Notes under the pieces: generated by a model
What the model was told of the DNA's origin: nothing
The model's database searches: none
Seen by the model: the letters and a program-made list of their open reading frames with translations, nothing else
Position numbers and translations under genes: made by a program
DNA from: Syntrophobacterales bacterium
GTDB taxonomy: Bacteria > Desulfobacterota > Syntrophorhabdia > Syntrophorhabdales > WCHB1-27
Assembly (NCBI GenBank): GCA_017881765.1
Contig: JADGQN010000003.1
Coordinates: 1-33,679 of the forward strand
Reading direction: 5' to 3'
DNA length: 33,679 nt
Shown here: positions 18,104-26,497 of the stretch, in pieces
How positions within the stretch are numbered: the first letter of the stretch is position 1
Layout: each line of letters begins with the position of its first letter

Positions 18104-18155
18104 CCTATCTGGTTTCTCTCGTTTCTTCTGGACCCTGGCCACTGGACCCAGGCCC
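18104..18155. repeat. 9-mer and 7-mer degenerate repeat arrays upstream of DUF3842
   Basis: TATCTGGTT-TCTCTCGTT (18106-18123), then CTGGACC-CTGGCCA-CTGGACC-CAGGCCC (18128-18155). Confidence 0.6.
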
Positions 18156-18246
18156 TGCTTTCAGACATACATGATAAGCAATTTCGAAAGATATTGGAAA
18201 TGAAAAATTCAGGTTTGGCACTACGTTGAATCTCCCTGAGTACATT

Positions 18247-18359
18247 CCCCGCGGCTTGTAACGTATGCCGTCATTCCGGCGGAGGCCGGAATCCAGAAAG
18301 CAGACTGGATGCCGGATCAAGTCCGGCATGACACACTATACCCCGCTGCTTGCGGCGGG
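18247..18359. repeat. REP-like cluster: a GTCAT...ATGAC double-hairpin element between two CCCCGC-GCTTG motifs
   Basis: GTCATTCCGGC-GGAG-GCCGGAATCCAG...CTGGATGCCGGA-TCAAG-TCCGGCATGAC (18270-18332). CCCCGCGGCTTG at 18247-18258 and CCCCGCTGCTTGCGGCGGG at 18341-18359. Confidence 0.85.
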
Positions 18360-18364
18360 TTGGT

Positions 18365-19036
18365 CTATGATAATTTCCTGACCCTCGCCTCCTTATCTTT
18401 TCCCAATGGACAAAGTTCACATAAGAGCTTCTTCTTGCAATACCTCTGGCACAGCAAGACAATGAGGGCGTGAAACTCATTGAATAGATGCGTATCGAGG
18501 GGCAAATGCTTCATGAAGAATGATTGCACGTCATCATAGGTGTGCGCCCGGGTGTGCTTTCGGGTATACAGACCATGATTTCTCAAAAATCTGAACGTGT
18601 AGGCATCAACCACGAATATCGGTTTACCCACCGCATAAAGGAGGATGCTGTCCGCCGTTTCGGGTCCAATGCCCCGGACAGCCAGGAGCTGGCGCCGCAA
18701 GGCCGCTGTTTCAATATGCCCCATATTATCAAGGCTTCCGTCATATTCATCCCATAGAAAATCGATAAATGCTTTCAACCGGGCAGCTTTGATGCGATAA
18801 AATCCTGCGGGTCTTATGATTTGAGCCAGAACTGCCGTATCTATCGATCTCAGCCTTTGCGCGTCGAGCAGCCCGTTTTCCCGCATGTTGGATATGGCCT
18901 TCTCCACGTTCGTCCAGGCGGTATTTTGTGTCAGTATGGCTCCCGCCGCCACCTCTAGTGGTGAATCTCCAGGCCACCAATGCCTGGGGCCAAGAGCACG
19001 AAGCAGCATGTCAAATATATTGAGAAGAGAGTGCAT
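18365..19036 (-). CDS. Endonuclease III-related HhH-GPD DNA glycosylase family protein with a C-terminal Fe-S motif
   Basis: WWPGDSP, GAILTQNTAWTNV, GFYRIKA, the HhH GIGPETADSILLYA, VVDAY and CQRYCKKKLLCELCPL. Start is ATG 19036 or GTG 19078. Confidence 0.9.
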   Translation of the reverse strand: MHSLLNIFDMLLRALGPRHWWPGDSPLEVAAGAILTQNTAWTNVEKAISNMRENGLLDAQRLRSIDTAVLAQIIRPAGFYRIKAARLKAFIDFLWDEYDGSLDNMGHIETAALRRQLLAVRGIGPETADSILLYAVGKPIFVVDAYTFRFLRNHGLYTRKHTRAHTYDDVQSFFMKHLPLDTHLFNEFHALIVLLCQRYCKKKLLCELCPLGKDKEARVRKLS

Positions 19037-19049
19037 CGTATCTTGAGGC

Positions 19050-20393
19050 CTACTGAACCCGTGCGGTTTTCTCAGCACGCCGTATCAGCCCGAATAAAAC
19101 CCTGTCTATCTCGTCGATAAGGTTCTTAAATAGCCCGCCGTGGCTCTTCGAATTTGAGAAAAGCTCTGTCCTGATGCTTTCGACTGCACGGTCATTACAT
19201 TTCTCGTAAGTGATATAGCCGCTCTGCATGGAAAGCCTTTCCAGGAAGAGAAGCCTCTTCGCATCATTAACAAAAGGACCGAGTTGCCTGCCTATGGTAT
19301 CGATTGACTCTCCTAACTCAAGAGCCGCGGCGTTATCATTCAATACGGCAGAAGGCCTGAGTCTTATGATTTCGGCTATCTCTTTCACCATGGCATAGAG
19401 GGTGCAGTATTCGAGACCCCTGACTCCTCGGCGCCATTGCAGGAGTATCCGGTTCCTCCAGAACCAGAGGAAATTTCTCATCCCGAACGAGATCAAGTCC
19501 TGAACCATTGCTTCGAGTTCGTAGACCTTGTCCACGGTTGCATCACGAGAAGATCCGGAATCAGCAGGTGCTCTCTCCCGATGGTTCCCGTGTCGGCCTC
19601 TTTTGGCTTTCTCACCTGCCAGATATTGCCATAGGTTTTTAAGGACGACTGATCCGTTATGGTCATCGGGCGTGTCGAAGTGGATGAGAGAAAGGATGAC
19701 CTTGCCCTTCCCCAGTCTCCCCTCTAGTACTGCCGGCTCGTCACGCAATCGAGCCGGGTCGAGGTTGATCACATACACTTTTTCGAGTTCGGCCCAGCTG
19801 CCGTTCGACGCAATATCTCCGACGTTCAGGTCCGCGCTAAATGCATCTTGCAGCGCCTGACCGTACGTCGCGAGGACTTCAATGTCACTATGTTCGATTA
19901 ATAGTTGGGAAGGCCACCAGGCCTGAAAGATATTCGATGAGACACCGCCTGGAACCGATCCCTCAATCTCCCGAAGGCCGTCCCACATGGGGTGTCCTTT
20001 CAGGTTGAGCCGTATCCTTCCGCTAAAGCTCGGGACCCGCTCCCTTGTCGGCTTCCTCTTCACATTGAGGAGCCCCATCCCGTCGATGGTCGCGAGACCG
20101 GCACCACCGCAGAAGCCGAGGTAGTTGCCTCCTGCCTGGACAAACCTCCGTATTTCCGAGACACCATCACTACCGAGGGCTTTCAGTTTGTTCGAAGCCC
20201 ATCCTCCCGGCACGAAGAGCATCGAGTAGTCTTTGAGTGTCCCCTGTCTTATATCCTCCGAACCGATGAGATCAAACGGGAGACCGCTTGCCTGCAAGGC
20301 CTTGTAGGACATCAATGCCCAGAGAAAAGCTTCGTCCCATAAAAACGCAACCTTGCTCGGATGCGCGCTCTTAAGTTTTGAACTTCTTTTCAT
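19050..20393 (-). CDS. BPL_N / class I glutamine amidotransferase-like domain protein of unknown function
   Basis: LFVPGGW...IRRFVQAGGNYLGFCGGAG resembles the BPL_N / GATase-I nucleophile elbow. No biotin ligase catalytic domain is recognisable. Its start overlaps the cbiGH stop by 23 nt. Confidence 0.7.
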   Translation of the reverse strand: MKRSSKLKSAHPSKVAFLWDEAFLWALMSYKALQASGLPFDLIGSEDIRQGTLKDYSMLFVPGGWASNKLKALGSDGVSEIRRFVQAGGNYLGFCGGAGLATIDGMGLLNVKRKPTRERVPSFSGRIRLNLKGHPMWDGLREIEGSVPGGVSSNIFQAWWPSQLLIEHSDIEVLATYGQALQDAFSADLNVGDIASNGSWAELEKVYVINLDPARLRDEPAVLEGRLGKGKVILSLIHFDTPDDHNGSVVLKNLWQYLAGEKAKRGRHGNHRERAPADSGSSRDATVDKVYELEAMVQDLISFGMRNFLWFWRNRILLQWRRGVRGLEYCTLYAMVKEIAEIIRLRPSAVLNDNAAALELGESIDTIGRQLGPFVNDAKRLLFLERLSMQSGYITYEKCNDRAVESIRTELFSNSKSHGGLFKNLIDEIDRVLFGLIRRAEKTARVQ

Positions 20394-22140
20394 ATCCCCT
20401 CGGCGTGATCATCCGGTCGTTCCAGAGAAAGGTCCTTGAATTGCCCACTATCACCGTCGTCCGCATGTCGATGTCGTAATCGAGCATCTTATTGAGGTCG
20501 GTAATGATGATCTTTTCGTCCTCCCTCATCGCTCCCTTGACAATCCCGACCGGCGTGTTGGGTAGGCGGTGTCTCAGAATAATCTTTCTCACTTTATTGA
20601 TGTGGCCCGCTCTCCCCTTACTCTTAGGGTTATAGAGGACGATGACGAAATCGGCCGTGGCAGCGGCATCTATCCTCTTCTCTATGACTTTCCATGGAGT
20701 GAGCCTGTCGGAAAGGCTTATGGAAGCGAAGTCATGCATGAGCGGTGCGCCGAGCTTTGCGGCGCAGGCATTCAGCGCGGATATACCGGGTATCACCTCG
20801 ACGGGTGGCAAGCGCGGTTCCCTGCCCTCTTCTTTCAAGAGTTGAAAGACCAATCCCGCCATAGCATAAATTCCCGGATCGCCCCCGCTTATCACGGCGA
20901 CGCTCTTACCGCCGAGTGCCAGTTCCACCGCTTTCCTGCACCTGTCAATTTCCTGTGTCATCCCGGTCTCGAAAACCTCTTTACCAATGATCATCTTGCG
21001 GATGAGCTTGACGTAGGTAGAGTAGCCGACTATAACATCCGATTCCCTGATTACCCTCTGCGCATAGGGCGTGATATGTTCGATATTCCCCGGCCCGGTA
21101 CCGACGACGTAAATCCTCCCTGTCGGCGTTAAGTTATCTTGCTCTTCTCTCCGGGCTCCCCGGACCGCGTGCCCTCTTATTTCCGCTGCCGCAACAGTCA
21201 CGTTCCCTATCTTCTGTTTTTCGACGAGGAGGCGTTCCGCTCGCGCCCCAAGCAGGGCAGCGGGTTCAGCCACTGCCTTTGCGCCTGTCGCGCGGAAAGC
21301 AGCCTCGGATTCGGATATGCCGGCCACGCCGTTTAACTCCTCGGGACAAAATGAGAGAATGCTAAGTGAACTCTTCCGGGCAAACATTTTGACTCCGCCC
21401 TCATCGGCTTTCCTGTCTATCGTCGCTAAAGCGCGGATGGATGAAAAAGAAAGGTTATGTTCATCAAACGCTTTTCTCACCGCATTCCCGATCTCTTCCG
21501 CCGAAGTCCCACGATTACAGCCGATCCCGACCACAATATTCCTTGGTCTCAGATAAAGACCCCTCCGGGGGCCTAGTGATCGCCTGTTTGTAATGAGGAT
21601 ATCCGCCGATGCCGGATCAGATACCTTCACAAACCCGGCGGGGAGGCGCATCTCTATATCAGCATAAACGTTCAATCTTCCTTTGTTGATGAAACGCGTG
21701 CCGATCCGCGGCAGGAGCTTCCAGTCGTCGATTGAGAGCGCGTGAGCCCGTGCAAAAAGGTCGATGGCGGGGACTCCGTTCACATCAGATGCCGTGGTGA
21801 TGATTGCCTTACCTCCCAGGAAATGGGCAATCTCCTCTGCCTTCTCGTTTGCGCCGCCGAGATGTCCGCTCACCAGACTGATCGCATATCTTCCCTTTTC
21901 ATCGAGCACGATGACCGCGGGATCCGACTTTTTATCTTTCAACAGCGGCGATACGGTCCTCACCACGATACCCGCCGCCATGATAAAGATCAGGACCTTC
22001 TCTTCACTCCACGCTTTCCTCACTGCCCCTTTGGTGAACTTCATTATGGTGAGATCGGGATAAAGGCCCTTGATTCCGTGAGCAAGCAGGGAACCTTTGT
22101 CGGTTACATAGAAGGCAGCGACACTATTCCCGGTAACCAT
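20371..22140 (-). CDS. cbiG-cbiH: Fused CbiG (cobalt-precorrin-5A hydrolase) and CbiH (cobalt-precorrin-3 C17-methyltransferase)
   Basis: N-terminal MAAGIVVR, DPAVIV, SGHLGGAN, GIGCNRG and AVAEPAA (CbiG). C-terminal VGTGPG, SGGDPGIYAMAG, HDFASISLSDRLTPW, LYNPKS and TPRGY (CbiH). Confidence 0.95.
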   Translation of the reverse strand: MVTGNSVAAFYVTDKGSLLAHGIKGLYPDLTIMKFTKGAVRKAWSEEKVLIFIMAAGIVVRTVSPLLKDKKSDPAVIVLDEKGRYAISLVSGHLGGANEKAEEIAHFLGGKAIITTASDVNGVPAIDLFARAHALSIDDWKLLPRIGTRFINKGRLNVYADIEMRLPAGFVKVSDPASADILITNRRSLGPRRGLYLRPRNIVVGIGCNRGTSAEEIGNAVRKAFDEHNLSFSSIRALATIDRKADEGGVKMFARKSSLSILSFCPEELNGVAGISESEAAFRATGAKAVAEPAALLGARAERLLVEKQKIGNVTVAAAEIRGHAVRGARREEQDNLTPTGRIYVVGTGPGNIEHITPYAQRVIRESDVIVGYSTYVKLIRKMIIGKEVFETGMTQEIDRCRKAVELALGGKSVAVISGGDPGIYAMAGLVFQLLKEEGREPRLPPVEVIPGISALNACAAKLGAPLMHDFASISLSDRLTPWKVIEKRIDAAATADFVIVLYNPKSKGRAGHINKVRKIILRHRLPNTPVGIVKGAMREDEKIIITDLNKMLDYDIDMRTTVIVGNSRTFLWNDRMITPRGYEKKFKT

Positions 22141-22888
22141 GCGTGAAATCCTTGCGGTAGAGCTTCGATGTTTTTCCCATGGGAACCGCGGAGGCCCTCA
22201 GAGATTCTCCAACATAGATCAGTGCCATTTTTCTTATACCCGCGTTCTTCACCTTCTCGACGATCTCCTTCAGCTTTCCCCTCACGATCTTCTGCTCGGG
22301 CCAGGATGCTCTCTCGATAACCACAAAGGGCGTCTCCTCATCATACCCCTCCAGGAGCTCATCTCTCACCTTTTCGATCATCCCGACGCTGAGAAAGATG
22401 ACTATCGTCGCCCTGTGCCTCGCAAGCGTACTCAATCGCTCGGCATCGGGTACCGGGGTCCTCCCCTCCATGCGTGTAAATATCACCGTCTGGCTTATCT
22501 CCGGGATCGTCAGCTCCTGTCCCAGCGCCGCGGCGCCCGCCATGGCAGAAGAGACGCCGGGGACCACTTCGTATGCTATTTTCAACTCGTTGAGCTTTTC
22601 GATCTGTTCGGATATGGCGCTGTAAAAGGACGTATCGCCCGTGTGGAGCCTCACAACCAGGGCTCCTTTTTTTATGGCGCTCTCAATAACCTCTATCATC
22701 TCTTCAAGGGTCATCCCGGAGGAATCAAAGATCTCGGCCTTAAGACCCTTGAGGAGAGCGGGGTTCACGAGGCTTCCCGCGTAGATAATCGTGTCGGCGC
22801 TCCGGAGAAGCTTCCTGCCTTTTACGGTGATCAGCTCGGGGTCTCCGGGACCAGCCCCCACGAAATAGACGATCGCCTTTCTTTTCAT
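22124..22888 (-). CDS. cbiF: Cobalt-precorrin-4 C11-methyltransferase
   Basis: FVGAGPGDPELITVKG, YAGSLV, RLHTGD, ELTIPEISQTVI, ASWPEQ and SKLY..FTHGYR. Confidence 0.96.
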   Translation of the reverse strand: MKRKAIVYFVGAGPGDPELITVKGRKLLRSADTIIYAGSLVNPALLKGLKAEIFDSSGMTLEEMIEVIESAIKKGALVVRLHTGDTSFYSAISEQIEKLNELKIAYEVVPGVSSAMAGAAALGQELTIPEISQTVIFTRMEGRTPVPDAERLSTLARHRATIVIFLSVGMIEKVRDELLEGYDEETPFVVIERASWPEQKIVRGKLKEIVEKVKNAGIRKMALIYVGESLRASAVPMGKTSKLYRKDFTHGYRE

Positions 22889-23604
22889 TTTCTCACAATC
22901 ACCATCGAAAAGTAGTTCAGATCTTTCTCTTTCAACGTCGTGATGTCCCTTGCTACCTTCTCGTCTTCCATACCTGCCCTGGAGACGTAAACAGCGTTCG
23001 CGGTGAGGTGCAGTTCGTCGAGTATCTCCAGAACCTTGTCAAATACCCTGTGAACCTTCATGAGCACGATGGTGTCGAATGTCTCGAGTATCTCTCTCAG
23101 GTTCCCCAGATAGGTCGCGGGAAGTAGCGCAATCTTCTCGTCCGCGAGACCGAGAGATATGCCGGCCCGCGCCGCAGAAGCATTTATGGATGATACACCC
23201 GGGATGATCTCGACGTGGAGGTCCGGATTGACTTCGAGCAACCTGTCATACAGATAGAAAAAGGTGCTGTAAATGGTGGGGTCGCCTATGGTGATGAAGG
23301 CCATGTCAATGCCCTGATTTAACCGGGCTGAGACAGCCTTTACCGTCTCAGCCCACTTGGGATCGAGTTCGTTCCCATGGTCCGGATTCTTCGTCTTCTT
23401 CATCGGGAAGTATGCTTCGATGATCTCTTTGCCCTTCAGGTTCACGATCCGCTTCACGATCGAAAGGGCGAGGCTGTTGCCCTCCTCCCGCCCCTTCGGC
23501 ACGCAGACGCACGAAACCTCATTGAGAATACGCATACCTTTTATCGTCAGCAGTTCCGGGTCTCCCGGTCCGACGCCGATCACGTGGAGCTTCCCTGATC
23601 TCAT
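22885..23604 (-). CDS. cbiL: Cobalt-precorrin-2 (factor II) C20-methyltransferase
   Basis: GVGPGDPELLTIK, YFPM, TIGDPTIYSTF, VLMKV and YFSM. Confidence 0.95.
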   Translation of the reverse strand: MRSGKLHVIGVGPGDPELLTIKGMRILNEVSCVCVPKGREEGNSLALSIVKRIVNLKGKEIIEAYFPMKKTKNPDHGNELDPKWAETVKAVSARLNQGIDMAFITIGDPTIYSTFFYLYDRLLEVNPDLHVEIIPGVSSINASAARAGISLGLADEKIALLPATYLGNLREILETFDTIVLMKVHRVFDKVLEILDELHLTANAVYVSRAGMEDEKVARDITTLKEKDLNYFSMVIVRK

Positions 23605-24878
23605 TTTCTCTCCCCCCTGATGACGGAGATCTGATTCAGGGCACCTATATGCCTCTGACCACTCACCACCTTCGACCTGGAAATGGAGACTTGCGAAATA
23701 TCCACGGCAAAGCCGCTTTTTTCGAGAAGGAGCACGGCTTCGTTCAGGGTTTCCACTTTCACCGCGTTGATAACGATAATCCCTTTGGGCAGCCGCTCGT
23801 TGACGACGCCGATTATCCCGGGAAGCTGCCCGCCGCTTCCACCCACGAAGACCCTGTCTGGAGAAGGCAGGTCTTTCAACGCCTCCGGCGCTTCTCCGGT
23901 TATAATCGTCATAGTGGTGCAGCCAAATCGGACTTTATTCTCTTCGATGTTCGCAACCTGCTCTTCATCCCTTTCTATCGCATAGACCCTTAACCCGGGA
24001 GATAGTCTTGCCGCCTCAATCGAGACGGAGCCGGAACCTGCGCCGATATCCCACAGCACGCCTCTTTGAGGAAGCCTCAGTTTATGGACCGCCACCGCCC
24101 TGACTTCGTCCTTTGTGATAAGCCCCCTTGCATGTCTTATTTCCTTTTCAACGAGCCCGAAGTGCGGGAATCTATTTTGAAGGCCAACTTCCAAGGCATG
24201 CTGCTCATCTCCCGTATGTAAGAGAATCACGACGTTCGGATCCAAGAAGGTCTGCCCAACAATCTGCTCCGGCGTCCCGGAAGTAATTCTTTCTTCATTA
24301 GGGTAGCCGAGCCTTTCACAGACGAAGACCTTCGCGGAAGAAAGGTAGGGAAGATTCAAAAGCCGCCGTGCGATCTCGGCGGGATTGTTCTTGCTGTCCG
24401 TGAGGATCGCAATTTTTCCATGCTTCAGCAGGAGTGACGGGACCTCATTTATGTCGTGAGCAAGTCTCCTTCTCCTTGCCGGATCAATCCCTCCGTGGAG
24501 ACTCATCAGGAGTGCATCGTCCCACGTCTCCTTGATCCTTGAGAAGGCTACCTGTATACTCGAGAGATCGGGTAGAATCTCAACGGAGTCCGGGCCAAAC
24601 TCGGCGAGTACCTGTCTGCCGATGCCATGGAACATCGGGTCCCCTGAGCCGAGGAGCACGATGGTCTGCATCCCCAGATGAGAGCGAAGGAACTTCATCG
24701 TCTCACCAACCTTGTTGATCACGCGGACCTTCTCTTTGAAGGCCGGGTAGGAGTCATATTCCTTAAAGACTTCAAAGAGACGTTCCGATACCAGAATCGT
24801 GCCGGCGTCCGCAAGTATCTCTACGGACATTTTATTTAGAGGCTTGTAGCCGATACCAACAATGTAAATTTTATTCAC
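23601..24878 (-). CDS. cbiET: Bifunctional CbiE/CbiT C5,C15-methyltransferase (decarboxylating)
   Basis: SGDPMFHGIG, SSIQVAF, ERLG, ITKDEVR, WDIGAGSGSVSIE and FVGGSGG. Likely start is GTG 24878, overlapping the cbiD stop. Confidence 0.94.
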   Translation of the reverse strand: MNKIYIVGIGYKPLNKMSVEILADAGTILVSERLFEVFKEYDSYPAFKEKVRVINKVGETMKFLRSHLGMQTIVLLGSGDPMFHGIGRQVLAEFGPDSVEILPDLSSIQVAFSRIKETWDDALLMSLHGGIDPARRRRLAHDINEVPSLLLKHGKIAILTDSKNNPAEIARRLLNLPYLSSAKVFVCERLGYPNEERITSGTPEQIVGQTFLDPNVVILLHTGDEQHALEVGLQNRFPHFGLVEKEIRHARGLITKDEVRAVAVHKLRLPQRGVLWDIGAGSGSVSIEAARLSPGLRVYAIERDEEQVANIEENKVRFGCTTMTIITGEAPEALKDLPSPDRVFVGGSGGQLPGIIGVVNERLPKGIIVINAVKVETLNEAVLLLEKSGFAVDISQVSISRSKVVSGQRHIGALNQISVIRGERK

Positions 24879-25992
24879 TGTCCACCAGTATATCACCTTC
24901 GTATGATACGAGATGCGCGATCACGGGAATCCCGGCTGTGAGACCCTCCGCATATCGCTTTGCCGCTATGCAGACCTTGCGGAACATCGGCAGGGAAAGC
25001 CCGTATGTCACGACCAGGTAGTCATATATCTCCCGCGCCGTATTGAAATCGCGGTCCCGGGGAACGGCGATCCCCAACTCATTCAAGCGCTCGACTCCTT
25101 TTCTTAGGTTGATTGCTCCGTGTCGCACGTGCGTCTGCGGCGTCGACATCAAGATCTTCAGCATTTTCGCCCATTGTGCGCTGACATGTACCTTCTTGAA
25201 CGCATACTTCCTTGCATCCGTGAGAGAAAACTCGACATAATCCCCCATCATCACGTAGGCCTCTTCGGCAAACGCATACCTTTTCATGTGGGCCTTTTCC
25301 GAGACCCTACCCACGGAGAGGACTATTTCCGCGATTCCCAAGGCCTTCGCAACATCCATGGAAGCGGTGATGGTCGACGTCCATGCCTCTGACGACAAAG
25401 GGCGCACGATGCCTGACGTGCCAAGTATCGATATCCCGCCCAGTATGCCGAGCCTTGCATTGAGCGTTTTTTTTGCCAGCTCTTCCCCTTTCGGCACCGA
25501 GATGGTTATCTCGACGCCCCGACTCCCCGCCAATCCGCCGTCCCCGGAGAGTGCCTCCTGCACCGCCTGTCTGATCATGCTCTTCGGTACCGGAGTGATC
25601 GCCGGTTCGCCGACAGAGACCGAAAGGCCCGGCTTGGTTACTTTTCCTACACCCTGTCCGCCCCTTATCACGACGACCTCGTAGCCTGCCTCGGCGGTCT
25701 CCATGATCCTTGCGGACGCCCGAATCGTAGCGCCGTTCGTTACGTCCGGATCATCTCCCCCATCCTTAGTCACCGATGCCAGGGCAACGGGACCAGAGTC
25801 TTCCCGCGTGACCCCATAAAGACGGGCTGTAAATTGAACCCTGCTTCCATCCGGAAAGGGAATCTCCACCGTCACGTTCCCAAGGTCCCACTTCTCCGGG
25901 TGAAGCAGGAGCATCACCGCGGCCTTTGCGGCTGCGGCTGCACAGGCGCCCGTGGTATATCCGGACCTCAGGCTTCTACCGCTCGATGCCAC
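24871..25992 (-). CDS. cbiD: Cobalt-precorrin-5B C1-methyltransferase
   Basis: LRSGYTTGACAAAAAKAA, KDGGDDPDVT, GVGKVTKPGL and TLNARLGILGGISILGTSGIV. Confidence 0.97.
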   Translation of the reverse strand: MASSGRSLRSGYTTGACAAAAAKAAVMLLLHPEKWDLGNVTVEIPFPDGSRVQFTARLYGVTREDSGPVALASVTKDGGDDPDVTNGATIRASARIMETAEAGYEVVVIRGGQGVGKVTKPGLSVSVGEPAITPVPKSMIRQAVQEALSGDGGLAGSRGVEITISVPKGEELAKKTLNARLGILGGISILGTSGIVRPLSSEAWTSTITASMDVAKALGIAEIVLSVGRVSEKAHMKRYAFAEEAYVMMGDYVEFSLTDARKYAFKKVHVSAQWAKMLKILMSTPQTHVRHGAINLRKGVERLNELGIAVPRDRDFNTAREIYDYLVVTYGLSLPMFRKVCIAAKRYAEGLTAGIPVIAHLVSYEGDILVDSE

Positions 25993-26497
25993 GTCTCGCT
26001 TTTGTCCCTTTTTCCCGGTAATGTTTGATCACTTTCATTTCCGTCACGAGGTCCGCCTTCTCGATAACCTGTTCCTCTGCGTACCTTCCTGTAATCACAA
26101 GCTCTATTGCTTCCGGTTTCTTCTCCATGATGTCGAGAAGGTCGGCCAGGTCGATGAGACCATACCGCACCGCCACATTCACTTCGTCGAGAACTACGAT
26201 ATCATATTGGCCTGAATCCATGACCTTTCTAACCTCGGCCAGACCCTTCTGGGCGGCCTTCGCATCAGATTGCGTACTCTTCCGCCTCAGGATCAAACCT
26301 TCTCCGTACTGTTTTACGGTTATCAGGTCCTGGAGCCGCTCTTCTATTATGCGGTGTTCGCTGCATCTCTGTTTCTTTATGAACTGCGCGACGAAGACTC
26401 TAAGCCCGGCACCTGCCGCCCTTAATGCGAGCCCCAGGGCCGCGGTCGTCTTGCCCTTACCGTCCCCCGTGTAAACTTGTATATATCCCTTTTTCAT
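25976..26497 (-). CDS. cobO: Cob(I)yrinic acid a,c-diamide adenosyltransferase (BtuR/CobO/CobA type)
   Basis: YTGDGKGKTTAALG, QFIK, VLDE, VITGR, ADLVTEM and KH...ARRGIE. Confidence 0.95.
   Translation of the reverse strand: MKKGYIQVYTGDGKGKTTAALGLALRAAGAGLRVFVAQFIKKQRCSEHRIIEERLQDLITVKQYGEGLILRRKSTQSDAKAAQKGLAEVRKVMDSGQYDIVVLDEVNVAVRYGLIDLADLLDIMEKKPEAIELVITGRYAEEQVIEKADLVTEMKVIKHYREKGTKARRGIER

Noticed and set aside
18160-18230. Metal-regulator (NikR/Fur) operator upstream of DUF3842-cooT
   Set aside because: The region is AT-rich and probably a promoter, but I found no convincing dyad symmetry.
18105-18480. 74-aa and 69-aa minus-strand ORFs (MPDLIRHP..., ...HAGLDPASS...)
   Set aside because: These are translations of the palindromic repeat, with no other coding evidence.
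20371-24878. CbiG-CbiH and CbiE-CbiT fusions as novelties
   Set aside because: Both fusion types are already known in cobalamin pathways.
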